This document shows positions 41,201 through 54,653 of a stretch of 64,000 nucleotides of DNA, one piece after another. A program made the translations under genes and the position numbers. The DNA is from Nymphaea colorata. Its lineage: Eukaryota. The stretch is from contig NC_045138.2 of the NCBI RefSeq assembly GCF_008831285.2, forward strand, positions 806,001 through 870,000. The letters are read 5' to 3'. Every line of letters begins with the position of its first letter. Position 1 is the stretch's first letter. The notes beneath the pieces are model-generated. The model saw nothing but the letters and a program-made list of their open reading frames with translations, ran no database searches and had not been told where the DNA came from.

Positions 41201-44200
41201 GGAATTCCATCGTTGGGCTAAGTTGCTTAACATCATCATATATCAGGGAGAGAAAATGTCAAGACGTTGCATTCAGAAGCATGAACTTTATTCATCTGTC
41301 AATGGGGTCTTATTTGATGCCATTATCACAAACTATGAGCTTGTTCTCTTAGATGATTCTTTGTTGAGGAAGTTTAAGTGGTCTGCAATAATCAGTATGT
41401 TCCCTTTTCCCCCCTCTTTTGTTCACTCTAGTTTTTGTAATCTATGAATGTGCTTTCTTGCACATGATGAGCCTGTTAAGATGCATTAACTGTATTGATA
41501 TACATGCTTTTTTGCTATATAATATGTGTATATATATATATATATATCTTTATGTTTAATAAATAAATGTGTGTTTCGGCTGTATATATACATTTAGTTT
41601 ATTTTTATAATTTTGATCTTATTACTTATATAATATTGTTTTTATTGTTGCTGCTAAAAAACAGCTGAGCTAGCGGTTGGCTGTTCTAAACAGCCAGCTT
41701 TCTTACGGTTTTGGTAGCTCTTTTTGCTTCTTTCCCCTTTGTATGTATAAAGAGGATATCCCCCCTTGTAAACAAGGGGGCTTGTGATCTCATTAGGTCG
41801 TTAAGAGCCTGGCATGCTCTTACTGTTTGTTCTTGAACAGGGTTAATTTCAGAAGCCTTTTGAAGCTCGAATTCCTCAACACTGTTTTGTTACATGCCTT
41901 AAGAGCCAGCTTATGAAGTGTTGTTGACAATACCAGACATGGGTGGGTGGACCCTACCTGTTACGTGGTGATCCTTTCTAGGGTGAGTCGAGGGCCAGAT
42001 GCGTGTGTACATCTTTTCTAGGTTTTGTTGACATCTATGTCACATGGGTATGGGTGCATGTAGGGGTGCAGCTGTGGACACAGCTGAAGAGCAATTTCAG
42101 AAAATGTGGGTGCAGGGACATGGACATAGATACATATAACAAAAATACTTACATACAATAATAATGAACAAAAATAGGTAAATACAAAACACAGGTAAGT
42201 ATGGAACAGCCCTTTCATGCTTTATCTATGTATACACATTAAAAAATTCTAAGAACTGGATAGTTTTGAACTGGTCAATATTGACAAGTGCAAAATATGA
42301 TGGACTTGGCCTCGGTTGTGTTGACTGCAACCAACACTTGTCAATGCCATGTCCCAGATGTGTTCAGGGTTGCATCCATCTTTTTGGGCCTGTGGACACG
42401 GGTTCCTCCATTCAAATAAAGTGTCTGTGTCTTAGGTTGACATGACTGCAATGTCTTGCTAGGCAAGTGTATGACATAGTCAATGACTAGCCGATCTAGT
42501 TGGTCAAGTAGTCACCATTGAGGCCTTTGCAACTTCCAGGACAGAGCCTAGCTAGAAGGGTGCTGAGTGGGCCAACTAGTTTACTAGTCTGGTAGACTAC
42601 TAGATGATTTAACAACTAAGGTCTTAGTTTACGTCTGAAATGCATGAACGAACAACACCATGAGCTCTTTTTACTTTTTTAGGTTTTTTTTAGTTGATCT
42701 TGTGGGTTGGTGATGTAGAAACCAAGTGGAATCATTAGTTGATTGTTTGAAATTTTTTTGTTTCAGTTTCATTGCTGCTTTAAGCTTGGAGTTATAGCAT
42801 CTAGGTGGGTATGAACTTCATTATTTGGTGTCACATAAATGGAAGATACAACAACATTCCTTATTGGCCACTGGATCGACAAGTTCAAGTCACATGATAA
42901 AATCTTCTCTGAGATGCTGACTTTTTTTAGCTGGGTGAAGAAATTAAAAATTATATGATTCATCCACTTTGTGGAAGTTCTTTTTAAACTGATTTTGAAG
43001 ACTCAGCTTCTTTATTAGTTTGTATGTGAGACTAGAACATTCCTTCATTTTTTGCAGATGTTGTTTTGGCTATGTTTTGTTTGCATGCATATATATGTAC
43101 CCAAATGTGTGTGTATACTGGATACTTCTCTGCTTGCATGAGCAGACGTTCCTATGTAATTATTTGCATAATCAGCAATACTCTTTGGAGAAGGATGAGA
43201 GAATCAGGGGAAGTAGCCATGTTTATTTTATCTGGTTTTTTTAAAAGTTGAGAGAGGTTATTATGTGTGCTGCTCTGATCAGTATGGTTTCCTTTCTGTT
43301 GCTTTACTTGCTTGTTCCATTCTCCTAGTTGATGAAGCTCACAAGATAAAGAACCTTGATTGCAAGCTCGGAGGTTGCCTTAAGCAGTTGGATGCTGAAT
43401 TTCGGTTGCTTTTGACAGTGAGTTTTATTAGCTTCATGTTACTTAAATTTACTAATTTTAAATTGTGGACTCTGCTCTTAAAGTTATCCTGCATTCATGC
43501 TTGGCTGTCTGATTTTGTTTGTGAGATTTTGTTTGTGAGATCCCCTTTGATGGTTTTTTTGTCTTGCTAGCAAAAGTTTTATGACATGTTTGTTAAAGTT
43601 ATTTTTTTTTTCTGTTTGTGGAAAATGGACTGAAAATAAGATGACAGGAAGTGGTATATGGATGAAGAGGCGAGAGGCTGAGCTTTAGCTTTCTAGTAGT
43701 TCTGGCATTCCATATCTTCCCTCAGAAAGATAACCAAACATCCCATCCCCCTACATACATACATGGCATGTGGGTCCCAAGGCATACCCTAAGTTGGAAT
43801 TCTCAAGGCCCAAATAGTCTATTTTGCTCTTTTTCTTCCTCTCAAGTTTCTTCTTCCCAAAACATTTAATGCAAGATGAGAGAAACATGGGTTGGTTTTG
43901 AAGGGATTAGGTTTCCACAAGTTATTTGGATTAGGATACATAATAATATAGGCTTCTCTTTCTTGTTCTTGCTGAGAGGCTTGTAATGAAGTGGTTGATC
44001 ACAACATTTATGGCAATTTAGTTTCTGTTAAAAATACTTTGCGCACATGTCTAGGTGTGCATGTGTACTTGGGTATGATGAGCGGAGAAGTTAGCTACGT
44101 CAATTGTACATATAGGTGCATGCAGATGTTTCTGTTAATAGGTTTTGGACCAGTTCTGCATATGATTGTGCTAACAGGATTTAGTGTTTATAGTTTGTCT

Positions 44201-47200
44201 ATTGGTTTTAACTTGTTAAGTATGCTTCTTAAAGTTGCTGTTTTTGATGCAATGAAATACATGGTTCAACTTATCCAGGGAACTCCTCTCCAAAATACAT
44301 TGCTAGAGCTTTTTGCGCTACTTCATTTTCTTGATCCTGAAGAATTTTCTGATCCAAGGGAGAGAGCTGAATCTTTTTCAACAATTGGCATGAATATGGG
44401 AGATAGTCATTCATTAGGTTCTGACATGAAAGTTTCACAAATTCATGATCTGCTGCAGCCTCGGTAGATTTCATTTGATAATGCAATAGCTTTATTCTCT
44501 TTAACTGTTTCAATGGAGTAGTAATATTTGGTCTTTATCATTGTTCAAATAGAATGCTAAGACGGATGAAGTCGGAGGTTCTTTTCAGTTCTATGCCAGC
44601 TAAGAAGTGGGTAGAAGTTCCTTGTGCTCTTTCTAGTTCTCAAAGGGATCTGTATGTGAACCTATTGAAGAAGAACTACGAAGAACTGAATAAGAGATTG
44701 GTTAATGGTAGATTTATTGCTTATTATTCTTCATCATTTGGTTTGCTTCATTTTCTTTCTACTGGATTTCACATATTTCAGTCTCAATTTGGAATTACTT
44801 GTGTTACCATGTTCTATCATGCAATCGAAAAAAGTGTATCAATTTTTTATTCTATAGGTTCAAAATGCAAGTCATGGACATACAGGCAAATGCTAGCTGT
44901 AGGAACCTTAAATTTACTGCAAATGTCTGCTTCATTTCTATGCCCAAGTCAGCTGTCAGTAAATGAAGGACAGGAAAGTAAAGGGACAAGTCTGAACATT
45001 AAGGAATTAACCAATGAATAAAACACTCAAACGAAGTAATTCAGGATAGACTATGTGTGTATGTGTGAGAGAGAGAGAGAGAGAGAGAGAGTTACCAAAT
45101 TTGGATACCTATGATTTTCCCATCAAAGTGAAAAACCTACGTCATCTTTAATGTGGAAGTTATAATATATGTGTATTTCAGTGAGGAGTCTGACCAGACA
45201 TAATTTCTTGGGTGTACAAGTTGTTAGTTGCTTGTGTTGGAACATCTAATGCCACCTCCAGTTCATGATGACCCTCAAATCAGTGCATCTTATCTTCCTG
45301 TTCAATCTCTTTGTTCATTGAGGAACTTCTTTCTGAATCGTGGAAAATGTTATCCTGATGCCTTCCACAGATGGCCTTCAAAGTAACATTGTGGTGTTTA
45401 TATTGGTGGGACTTGCGAAGAAGGGCCGAACCAGCTTGATGTCCAGAATAACCTCTAGTAGAAGTGCTGAGCATGAAGAAGCTGCATCGGTTTCAGTTGG
45501 CTCTGAAATTGTAAATGTTTACAAAAGTTTGATGAAGCTCTAGGTTTAATCAATAATTCACTAAATTCACATAGGATGCTGACTTGTAAGTACTAAGAAA
45601 TAGAGGTGATTGTGTGGTGCTCTGAAACCAATTTGGAATCCAATGTCTGTTGGGTTCTGATAGTTTTTAGCATGATATGTATACCTAGGAATGAGAATCC
45701 TTCCCTATTTTGAATGTTAGAATATGCAGCTGATACTCTCAAGGAAGTCCAGCATATCCATTTATGCAGTGGTAAAAGCTTCATTGGAAAGTTAAGGCTG
45801 AGGACCAGAAGTGGTATATGTATGGAAAAGCTTTTCTCTTTCAACATAAACGAGAAAAAAACAGAAGCTTTCATCTTTCAACATAAATGACAAAAAACTT
45901 CGTTCGTCCACTCATACTCTAATTGATAAATATACGTATGTACACATATATAGTCAACTGAAAAAAGGCTTACTGTTATAGTTCTATTATTCTATATAAG
46001 AAGTTATTATGCTTTTCATGTTATGGTTATTCTTTTACCTTCAGTAGCGTTCTCATCTTTTGGCATGTACATTCTCTTTCTTTTTTATACTGCATTAACA
46101 TGGACACTGTTTGTGCAAGATATTCATATGATGATACAACAATACCCTTTTTTCTATTTTTTCCAGGAAGAAAGCTTGTTCTGAACTTCCTTCTTATGGA
46201 ACTACGGAAATGTTGTAATCATCCTGTGAGTTTTCAATATGATCCTTTCATGAAAGCTTGACCAACTTTCTTGTTTCCCTACACAGATTTTTCCCTCTTT
46301 TGAGGAACTTGTCATATTTGTGCTTACTCTGAGCTAAAATGGGATATGTTCCTATACAAGATTGTGATCATATGCTTCTGGCCTTTGTTTATGCTTTTCC
46401 TGTTTTAAATGCATCATCCTGATTCTGCTTATAAACATTCTGAAGTCCATGAAGGCATTTTGAAAGTAGAAGTTACACTTTGGAAGTAGAACTTTAGTGC
46501 TTCTGAGTGCATCTCTCTCTTTCTCTATCCCTCCCTGTCTATCATTTTAAGTGCAGAAAAGGATAGTAAGCTTCTGTGCATGCATGGAGGCATGTTTGTT
46601 CCTTGAACTTGTATATGCTTGTTTACAGATGCATATATATAAGCATTTGTTTGTCTTTCCCAAGCCAGCCTACGTTTTGGTAAACCAGCATCTTCTTGCC
46701 AGAAGCAACTGAATGTGGTGCTTCTTTTTCGTTTGTGTACATATTTACGGGAAGTTAACTGGTCCTAAGTACCCCATATTTTCTAAAAAAGGGAGGGAGT
46801 GGTATCCTGGGACTTCTTTTTGCTTTCGATTTTGTACCTTGCCTGCTAATCATAATGGTGCATGATGCAGCCAATGCTGCATCACTATTTTTTATTTGTA
46901 GTTTTGTTTATCTTCTTTATCTCTTATTTGTATTCTGATATATGGTCCTGCTAAACATTTTTATATTTGAAGTGAAGTCCATCTGGTGCTTCTTTTCAAA
47001 GTTTGACATTGCATTTATGTGGGTGCAGTATCTCATTCCAGGTCAGGAACCCTTGAATTTGTCGAGGGAAGAAGCTCTTTCTGATCTGGTTACAGCATCA
47101 GGAAAGCTTCAGCTTTTAGAGAAGGTTCAACTTAAATCCTGATTATTTAAGTTTGTTTCAAATGTATTATCTGTATTATTTTTCTTTTGTTTTTAAATTT

Positions 47201-49151
47201 TTTTCTTCTTCTGTTGGAATGATCAAAGGCTTGTGTCATTGTTCACATTGTCAATACTATACTCTTGTTGCAGTTGCTTCCTAAGTTGAAGGCAAGAGGA
47301 AATCGTGTTTTGCTTTTCTCACAAATGACCAGGATGCTCGACATTTTGGAAGATTTTCTTATATTCCTTGGACTCACATACTTCAGGCCAGTATTTAATG
47401 AGGATAGCTAATGCATCCTCTTTGACTATGCTAGAAAGAACATGTTGACCTTTTCTTTAAAAAGAAAATACTGCTACATGTTGCAGAACTATTTGAGCAT
47501 TAACAAAATGGTCTTAAATTGCACCATCCTAGTGAAGCATGTGTTTTATGTCTTTAATTTATTTGAGAAGTTATCTTTTTCATGGGTAGAAAATGACGGG
47601 TCACAGGGGAAGGAAAGGAAATCCATCATGCACTGTTCAGTCTTGTGGTGAAAAAATTGTTCAAATGCAAGAATAACTTGTTTTTGTGCCCAAGTCTAGG
47701 TTTCTCCTTTTCAATATTTTTTTTTAAGGTTTCTTTTGGATGCATGTTATATGTTCTGCTTAGCCTTTTGTCTCACCATCATACTTGTTCATCTGTTGGT
47801 ATGAGATATAAAAGTGTTTTGGATTCTCTAGTCTATTTGCTGTAAGCTTTCATCCATATGATGACCTTGAAGTTTTTGAATCTTCAAACTAATTCTGTTG
47901 CATTCAAAGGTCTACCGATGTTTATGTTCTCCAAAATTATGTGTAATTGTGAAATCGTTTTCAATTCTGGATTAATAATGTAGTTTAAGGTATGTATGAG
48001 CCATTGAGGTCTGGATGCCAGTTAATTATCAGGTTCAGAATTTGGCAGCTGAACGTAAGAAGTTTATTGATTATGCTTATGTTTGATACGTTTATTTCCT
48101 ATGAGAAGATTTCAATGTTTGAGAAATTATAGTTTCTTGTCAATAGGATTGATGGGGAGACCAATGCTTCTGCTAGGCAACAACAAATACAAGAATTCAA
48201 TAACCCTGAGTGCGAGGTGTTTATATTCTTAATTTCAACACGTGCAGGTGGACTTGGAATTGACTTGGTATGGTTTACATAAAAATTTGATTAGTATATG
48301 CTCATCAGTTTGTCATGTATACAACTAACTGAACTCTCTTTACGGACAGCCCAGTGCAGATAGAGTTATCATATATGGTAAGGAAGATCCAGATTCCATT
48401 AGTGCAACTGGCGATTCCATGGCAAGCTCTCTTAACTTTTTGCAATGGACTGTGTATGTGCGTGTTATCTGCAGATCCAGATTTCAATCCATTCATCGAC
48501 TTGCAAGCACAATCAAGGGCACATAGAATTGGGCAATCACGTCCTGTGGTGGTCTATCAGTTGATAACAAAATGTTCAGTGGAGGAAAAGATTTTGGAGA
48601 AGTCTAAGAGAAAATTGGCTATTGAGAATCTGGTGATGAATCCTAAAACGAAGTTGGATGTTAAGGAGCTCCATTCAGTACTGCTTCATGGGGCGCGGAA
48701 AATCCTAAGCAAGAAGAGCATGGAAGCTACTTCATTTGATTATGATGACAATGCCATTGAGACTCTCTTTAGCATGGACCCTAAACCTGGTGAAAAGTAT
48801 GTTGCCGAAGAGAATGGCTATCTTGGTGGTATTCAGAGTTTTATTCCACTTCCTGAGCAGGAACCAAATTCACCACCAAAGGCAAATCAATGGTCGGAAC
48901 TACTTGCTGAATGCAAAAGTGATGCACCGACAATTGAAGATTTTGGGAGAGGAAAGCGCCACAAGAGTGCAGTCAAGTACTTTCAAGAGGATCCAGAACT
49001 TAGTGAAGAGCTGAAGGAGGTATCAGACAATGACACTGAAGACGAGGAACAGGAAGAATATGCACCGGAGGATGCAGGCGAAAGTGAATCTTCAAGTGAC
49101 GACAGTTCTGATGGCGATGCGCCAGACCAAGTAGAGGCGACGGGTGAATGA
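32207..49151 (+). CDS. CHD3/Mi-2-subfamily (PICKLE-like) ATP-dependent chromatin remodeller, ~1068 aa
   Basis: Phase-consistent exons: 32207-32270, 32910-33088, 33171-33405, 33487-33519, 33870-33940, 34080-34376, 36532-36596, 38434-38855, 40076-40200, 41202-41394, 43329-43417, 44279-44463, 44553-44707, 46167-46225, 47029-47124, 47274-47386, 48147-48267, 48350-48377, 48475-49151 (3207 nt). PHD finger [24 protein letters not shown]. Chromodomains LMKW..HHLDTW and [17 protein letters not shown]. Walker [13 protein letters not shown] box, [52 protein letters not shown]. The start codon and first four exons are less certain than the domain-coding exons. Confidence 0.92.
36851..37045. mobile_element. 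Intronic fold-back MITE, Mutator-like
   Basis: ~70 bp inverted repeats (GAACTGAACCCTGACTGTGTCTATT...AATAGACAGCTAATCAGAGCC and its near complement). Flanks TTTATGTCAT / TTTATATCAT form a ~10 bp TSD. Confidence 0.75.
37070..37593. mobile_element. Intronic hAT-type non-autonomous element, with its right part tandemly re-duplicated to ~38160
   Basis: TIRs CATAGTCACAAAAA / TTTTTGTGGCTATG and 8-bp TSD ATACATAT / ATACATAC. The right part plus downstream flank repeats at ~37790-38160. Confidence 0.75.
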
Positions 49152-49366
49152 ACTGTTCACCAATTTTTTTTTTTGTGTACATCTTAATGCATTGTGTAAT
49201 TCCCATCCTATCTAAAGCCTTTTTGTTATTTTGCTTGTAAAAAGTTAATCCTTGCTAACATGTCCATTGGTCGAAACAAGTTCCAGCTGAGGATTGTGAT
49301 GGGGAGGGAAGCCCCCACATTTTGTAATATTTTTGTGATTAATGGTTAAAGAAGTGAAAAGCGTCT

Positions 49367-49468
49367 TTATTATTCGCCAAACTTCTTAATAGGAATTTAT
49401 TTATCTGAGTACACGCTCAGATGTAGCAGACGCCTCCATCATTAGTACGATGGATCATACCGAAGGTT
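49367..49468 (-). pseudogene. Isolated 102-bp copy of the chitinase 3' UTR, probably a remnant of a deleted paralogue
   Basis: Ungapped match to 55704-55805 with 8 mismatches by my count. Confidence 0.75.
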
Positions 49469-50156
49469 ATTAGTGGGTCGGTGACTCGTTAGTGATTGAG
49501 TGGCTTTATTTCTAGTTTGGGCACCGCTGCGGAGGAGGGAATGAAAGAGGGCCAGGAGGAGAGGGAGCTAGTAGGGAGGAGAGAGAGTACGGGGTATGGA
49601 AAAATAAATGGACCTGTTGGGTTCATTTGCCGTTGGGCTAAATCGGCTTTTCTTATATATATATATCAAATCAGCCAAGTACCTCTATTTTCAGATAGTT
49701 ATTTTTTATTTTGTACCAATCAAAAAATCACAAAAGGTACACTTGCAACAGCTGGTTGCTTGGGCACTGGTTTCCACAATAGAATACATCTTTTGTGATG
49801 ATTTATAATAGCATAAATTGTTGGCAGCCTCGTCTTTATCTTTAGTTCTTTTCCTTTTTTTCACATTCATCTGAAAATTGCTTCCCTTTTTTTCACATTC
49901 ATCTGAAAATTGCTTCTCTTCGTCTGCTCTTCAATCTACAGCTAGAGAGAGAGAGTAGGTCAGGAAAGATAAATGTTGTTGACAATAAAAAATTATATTG
50001 TGAACCATATATATAAATAACTCTTTAAGTACTAGTATCTCTTGTATTCTGACCCACAAAAAATCTTAATGACATTTAGGAGTGGGGTATAATGGTTTGA
50101 GACTGATTTGATATCAGTCATTAGCTCTCTCTCTCTCTCTCTCTCTCTTTTTCACA

Positions 50157-50451
50157 TGAGGCTGTTCATGAGTGAGTTCAAGCCAAGTTTAGCCAGCTTG
50201 AACTCGGCTCGATTTTCAATCGAGTTCGATCTCATTAGCTTGACCTCGATTTGGTTCAAGCTCTTAAAACTTGAACTCGGCTCGATTAAGCTTGAGCTGA
50301 AGATTGGTTCAAGTGGAGCCAAGCATTTCATTAAAAAATTACTTTTAAAAAGAACGAAGTAACATATATATTTGAACAGGGAACATCCCACATACCAGTC
50401 ATGTGCATACCTATTTGAGCAATATACTTTTTCTAATAATTTTATGAGACG

Positions 50452-50494
<43 letters not shown>

Positions 50495-50613
50495 CGAGCT
50501 TAAGCCAAGCCCACTTAACTCGAGCTCGTCCACTCATTTACGACTGCGAGTCTAGTTTATTGAGCGAGTTCGAGTAGAGCTCGAGTTAGCTCGAATTTGT
50601 ATGTTCAAACCTT
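50157..50613. mobile_element. Degenerate non-autonomous element with GAGCTCGAG/AACTCGGCTCG subterminal repeats (related fragment ~30716-30860)
   Basis: Clusters of CTCGAG/GAGCT motifs at both ends of an AT-rich core. TSD not resolved. Confidence 0.45.
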
Positions 50614-50772
50614 GTTCCTTGAAATGAGAGCATAACATTCTAGTTTAAAAACACTTTTTCTTCTACTTAAACACCTACTAAATGACTCATCAAATAATTT
50701 CAGGCATTGTTTTTGGTGGTCAGCATGTAAGTTCAATGGTGGTGAATAGCCAATGACCTAAAGCACTTTTAA

Positions 50773-51018
50773 GGGGCTGTTTGGAAATGAGAACAGTTTA
50801 AAGCAAATATGTGAAACAACTTGTTAGTGTTCTCAATATTAATAACAATATGTTACTGTCCCACTGTATCCGTCCTAAATAATGAAGCAGATTCATGAAA
50901 TAGTTTTATTGGTATGAGGCATATACATGAAATATTAAAAAATGTTTTATAAATTTGCCTCATTACTTAGAGTATACATGTAAAACAATAACATATTGTT
51001 ACGGTTGGTAAACAACCT
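50773..51018. mobile_element. Tourist (PIF/Harbinger)-like MITE inside the triplicated module (also ~59410 and ~61942)
   Basis: Left end TAA|GGGGCTGTTTGG and eroded right end ..AAACAACC, typical of Tourist TIRs with a TAA target. Confidence 0.45.
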
Positions 51019-51376
51019 ATAAAAGTTTCACCTCCAAGATGTGCCTATTTCACCGTACATTTGATCATGACTCCTTAGACTTTCATAATGCACATTGTTT
51101 AATGTTTAGATCGTAATGGCCTTTCTTGATGAACAGTGAACATTGGTCCAATTCGTGCAATAATTTCTACAGGACAGTAGTTGGAGGGAAGAAAATACCT
51201 TAACCAGCTTGAAGAGTCATTGCCTAGGGCTATGGGTTTCCAAAAGTGCTGGACTTTTTGAGGGTCGATCCGCCCCTTCTTTCTCCTTGTAACTATTAGA
51301 ACTCTATCCTGTCTTGATTCTGACAAGGGCGGAAAATGACGTGTCATGCAAAGAATGACGTGTCATGCAAAGAGAG

Positions 51377-51516
<140 letters not shown>

Positions 51517-54500
51517 TTCCTTTCATTTCTTTTCAATTAACAAACCAAACACTAGAATGACTACTCATTCCTTACATCCATATATTGTGTAAATCTATAC
51601 TGATAACGATTGTTGGTATGCATAGGTTATGAACCTATGCCAGTCATAAAGATTGTCGGTATAGTTTGGTCTATCATTTGATACTTCCGCTACAAAACTT
51701 AGGTTATTTCAAAATATAAAAATATATTAGTAAAAAAAAGAAAAGAAAATGGTTAAGTGACCGTTCTTCTGTATAAGATAATTACTTGAACTTGATGTCA
51801 GACATATTTAATGAGAAAATAGATCTAAGTGAAAATTCTTAGGTTTCTGTCTCTTATCAGAAAATAATCAAGACCAATGTAATTATCCACATCATAATCT
51901 AATTTCCTTATTTATATAGAAAGGGAAACTCAATATTTAACGATATTCTCAAGATCAGGTTCACATTATTGATGTGCAGTGTATCCATCACAAATTAAAA
52001 GGGTGTACATGGGCTCCTGTGAGGTTGAAATATTAAATTTTACTAAATATATTTGTTAACTAAATATATTTGTTAACTGATTTTTAAAGAAAAGAAAAGA
52101 ACCAAGCAATATGTACATGCAAGCAAATATAGGTTCTCTATGAGAGAGGCTTCCTGCTATTTGGCAGAAAACCAAAACTTTCACTGAAGGGCCACATCTT
52201 CTTAAGGTACAAGGTTTGCTTTCATGTTTCGGATTGCATGTTAGTGAACCTCTTTTTTATGACACACAGAATTTTTTATGACACAGAAAGTCGATGCCCA
52301 ATGATTCAAAATAGAGACTGCCTACCTACCAGCTTCCACCTTGTGCGCCCATTGTGCCAACAGGGTGTGCTCCTATTTTTTTGCCCATGATAGCCAAGCA
52401 ACCAATGTAAATTAATCTAGCCTCCCCTCTATGTCATGCAGAGAGCAAGTTAAGCATTCTATTGGTTGCCATTACAAAGACAACAATCTGAGAAGAGATT
52501 ATAAAACAGACCAATTATTCATTACAAAGACAATAATTTAAGAAGAAATTACAAAACAAGCTGATTAAAAGGCTAAAAAAATAAGTAGTGAAAATTTGAG
52601 AGAAAAAGAGTGATGATTTAATTTAATTTCCCCAAACCTTAAGTACTTTATATAAGGCTTGTGGACTCATTAAAAATGCATTTTAAAAATTGAGTGCACA
52701 TCATTAAACTTTTAAAAGTGGAGAAATGATTTATCACAAGGTACTTTTTTGCCAATTTAAAGCATTTTAAAATGATCAAATTTGTAGAGAGTCGTCCATC
52801 CTTTGTGGATGACCAGCGAGCAATGGTCTGATATTCAGACCTTTTCTGTATTATGGTCTAATAATTGTGTCCATACTTTTTTGAATGGCAAAGTATGGTA
52901 TGGATGAAAAGAATTGAAATATCTCAGCAGATAATTGTTGATGAATCAACAAAAGATGTTGTTGGTGGTGCCGGCGTATGTCTTCCCCTTAAACAGATAA
53001 AAGTTCCACCCATCTTCCCCCAGTTTCCCGTCACTTCCACACTTCAAAGTCTTTCTCATTTGAGAAGTTCTTTTTTTTTCTTTAAACGGTATTTTTGGAC
53101 ATTTTTTCAGGTTTTCTTGATGCCAGCCCTAATTCTGTTGATAATTACCAATTGAAGAGGTCTCCCCATTCAACCCTGTAATGAGAGAGAATAGTTAAAA
53201 GCTTATGTTTTTAAAGTAGGTGTTTGGGGCTCATATTTTTTGTTTTCCTTTTCCTATTCAAGCCACATATTTTTTTAAAATATGTATTTTGGGGAAACAG
53301 CCTTTGGCATAAAACTCCCAGAGCCTTCAAGGTATGGATTGTTTTGGGTCCTCGTGAATATATAGTATTTGACTCGAGTATCACATTTTCCACCACTGGC
53401 AGACCAGAGTAGTAATATACGTTTTTGAGCATGACATGCTACCTTGATTGGAACCTCGAATTCTTTTGGGAGTGATCCGTAACCACCTGATCGTATTACA
53501 CCCCTTCAGGCTTATTCATGCCTCATGTTTGCTAGGAACACCTACTTTAGGTCTTTCAATATTATGTTTGAAGGTTTTTTTTTTTTTTTCACACACCTCG
53601 AAAAAATACTATAATTTTCAATTTAAATGATCGCACTTAATAAGCCCTATATTATCCTTGAGAGGCTTCATGCAATGGATGGGGCATGGACTGCTAGACC
53701 ATCATTCTTCTTTTCAAACATTCTGGGCTTCAACTGCCTATGTTGCAATCGGACACCTATATGTAATTTGAAACATAACAAGTGCTCCACTTCAAAGCAC
53801 TCAAAGCAGATCCCCAATTCTTGGGGATGAGGAGAAGGATATATGCTTCAGCTCTTAGCCCGATGGTAGGATGAATTATTCCCCCTGTTGCTTACTTGGA
53901 ACTAACTCTATATTTAGGGCAGTATCAATAGTATGAAATAGATCTGCCGTTCGAAAGATAGACTTCATTCTGATGGGCATACATAATTTTCTCCATTAAT
54001 CTAGGAAAGAGGTTTTTTTTTTGGCACTTAATTTCATGCATTTGTGTTTTTTTTTTTGGGAGAGCGAGGTACTGAGTGTTGTCATGCCACTTGAGTTCAA
54101 TCCAACGGCCTGTCAGATTCAATTCACTTTACAATATAAAGGCTATGTCCTTGTCATTTTGGAGGCTCCTACAAAAAAATTGGAAATATGAAGCCCATAC
54201 TTCAGGATATGACAAATGTCCTCTTAGAGATCAATTTTCCTAATTATTATTATTATTTTTTAACATAGCTGAGAGACTTAGTTGTTCAACTGGACGTGTA
54301 AAATCCCAAGCAAAGATGCATGTTTGATGCATTTGGTTGTCAATATGCAAACTTCAAGCACGATGAATAGGCAACATTAATATTGCTTTAAGGGCTGGCA
54401 TAACTGCTTGTTAGGGCTGGCAGACATATAATTGGTACATCCTAAGTTCCATTCTTGTATGTGCTATTTCAATAAACTTGGTGTCTCCTGAAGCAGGTCA

Positions 54501-54653
54501 CATGTTTAACTTCTTGCATGTTCGGCCAGCCTCTTCCACATGTGAGAACAGTTCCAAGGGGTACAAGATACTGATGGGGTGGTGAAAGTCCAGTTGTCAA
54601 CTTGATTATTGTAGATTGTAGGTAATACTCTTTTAAACTGCAAATGGTAAATG

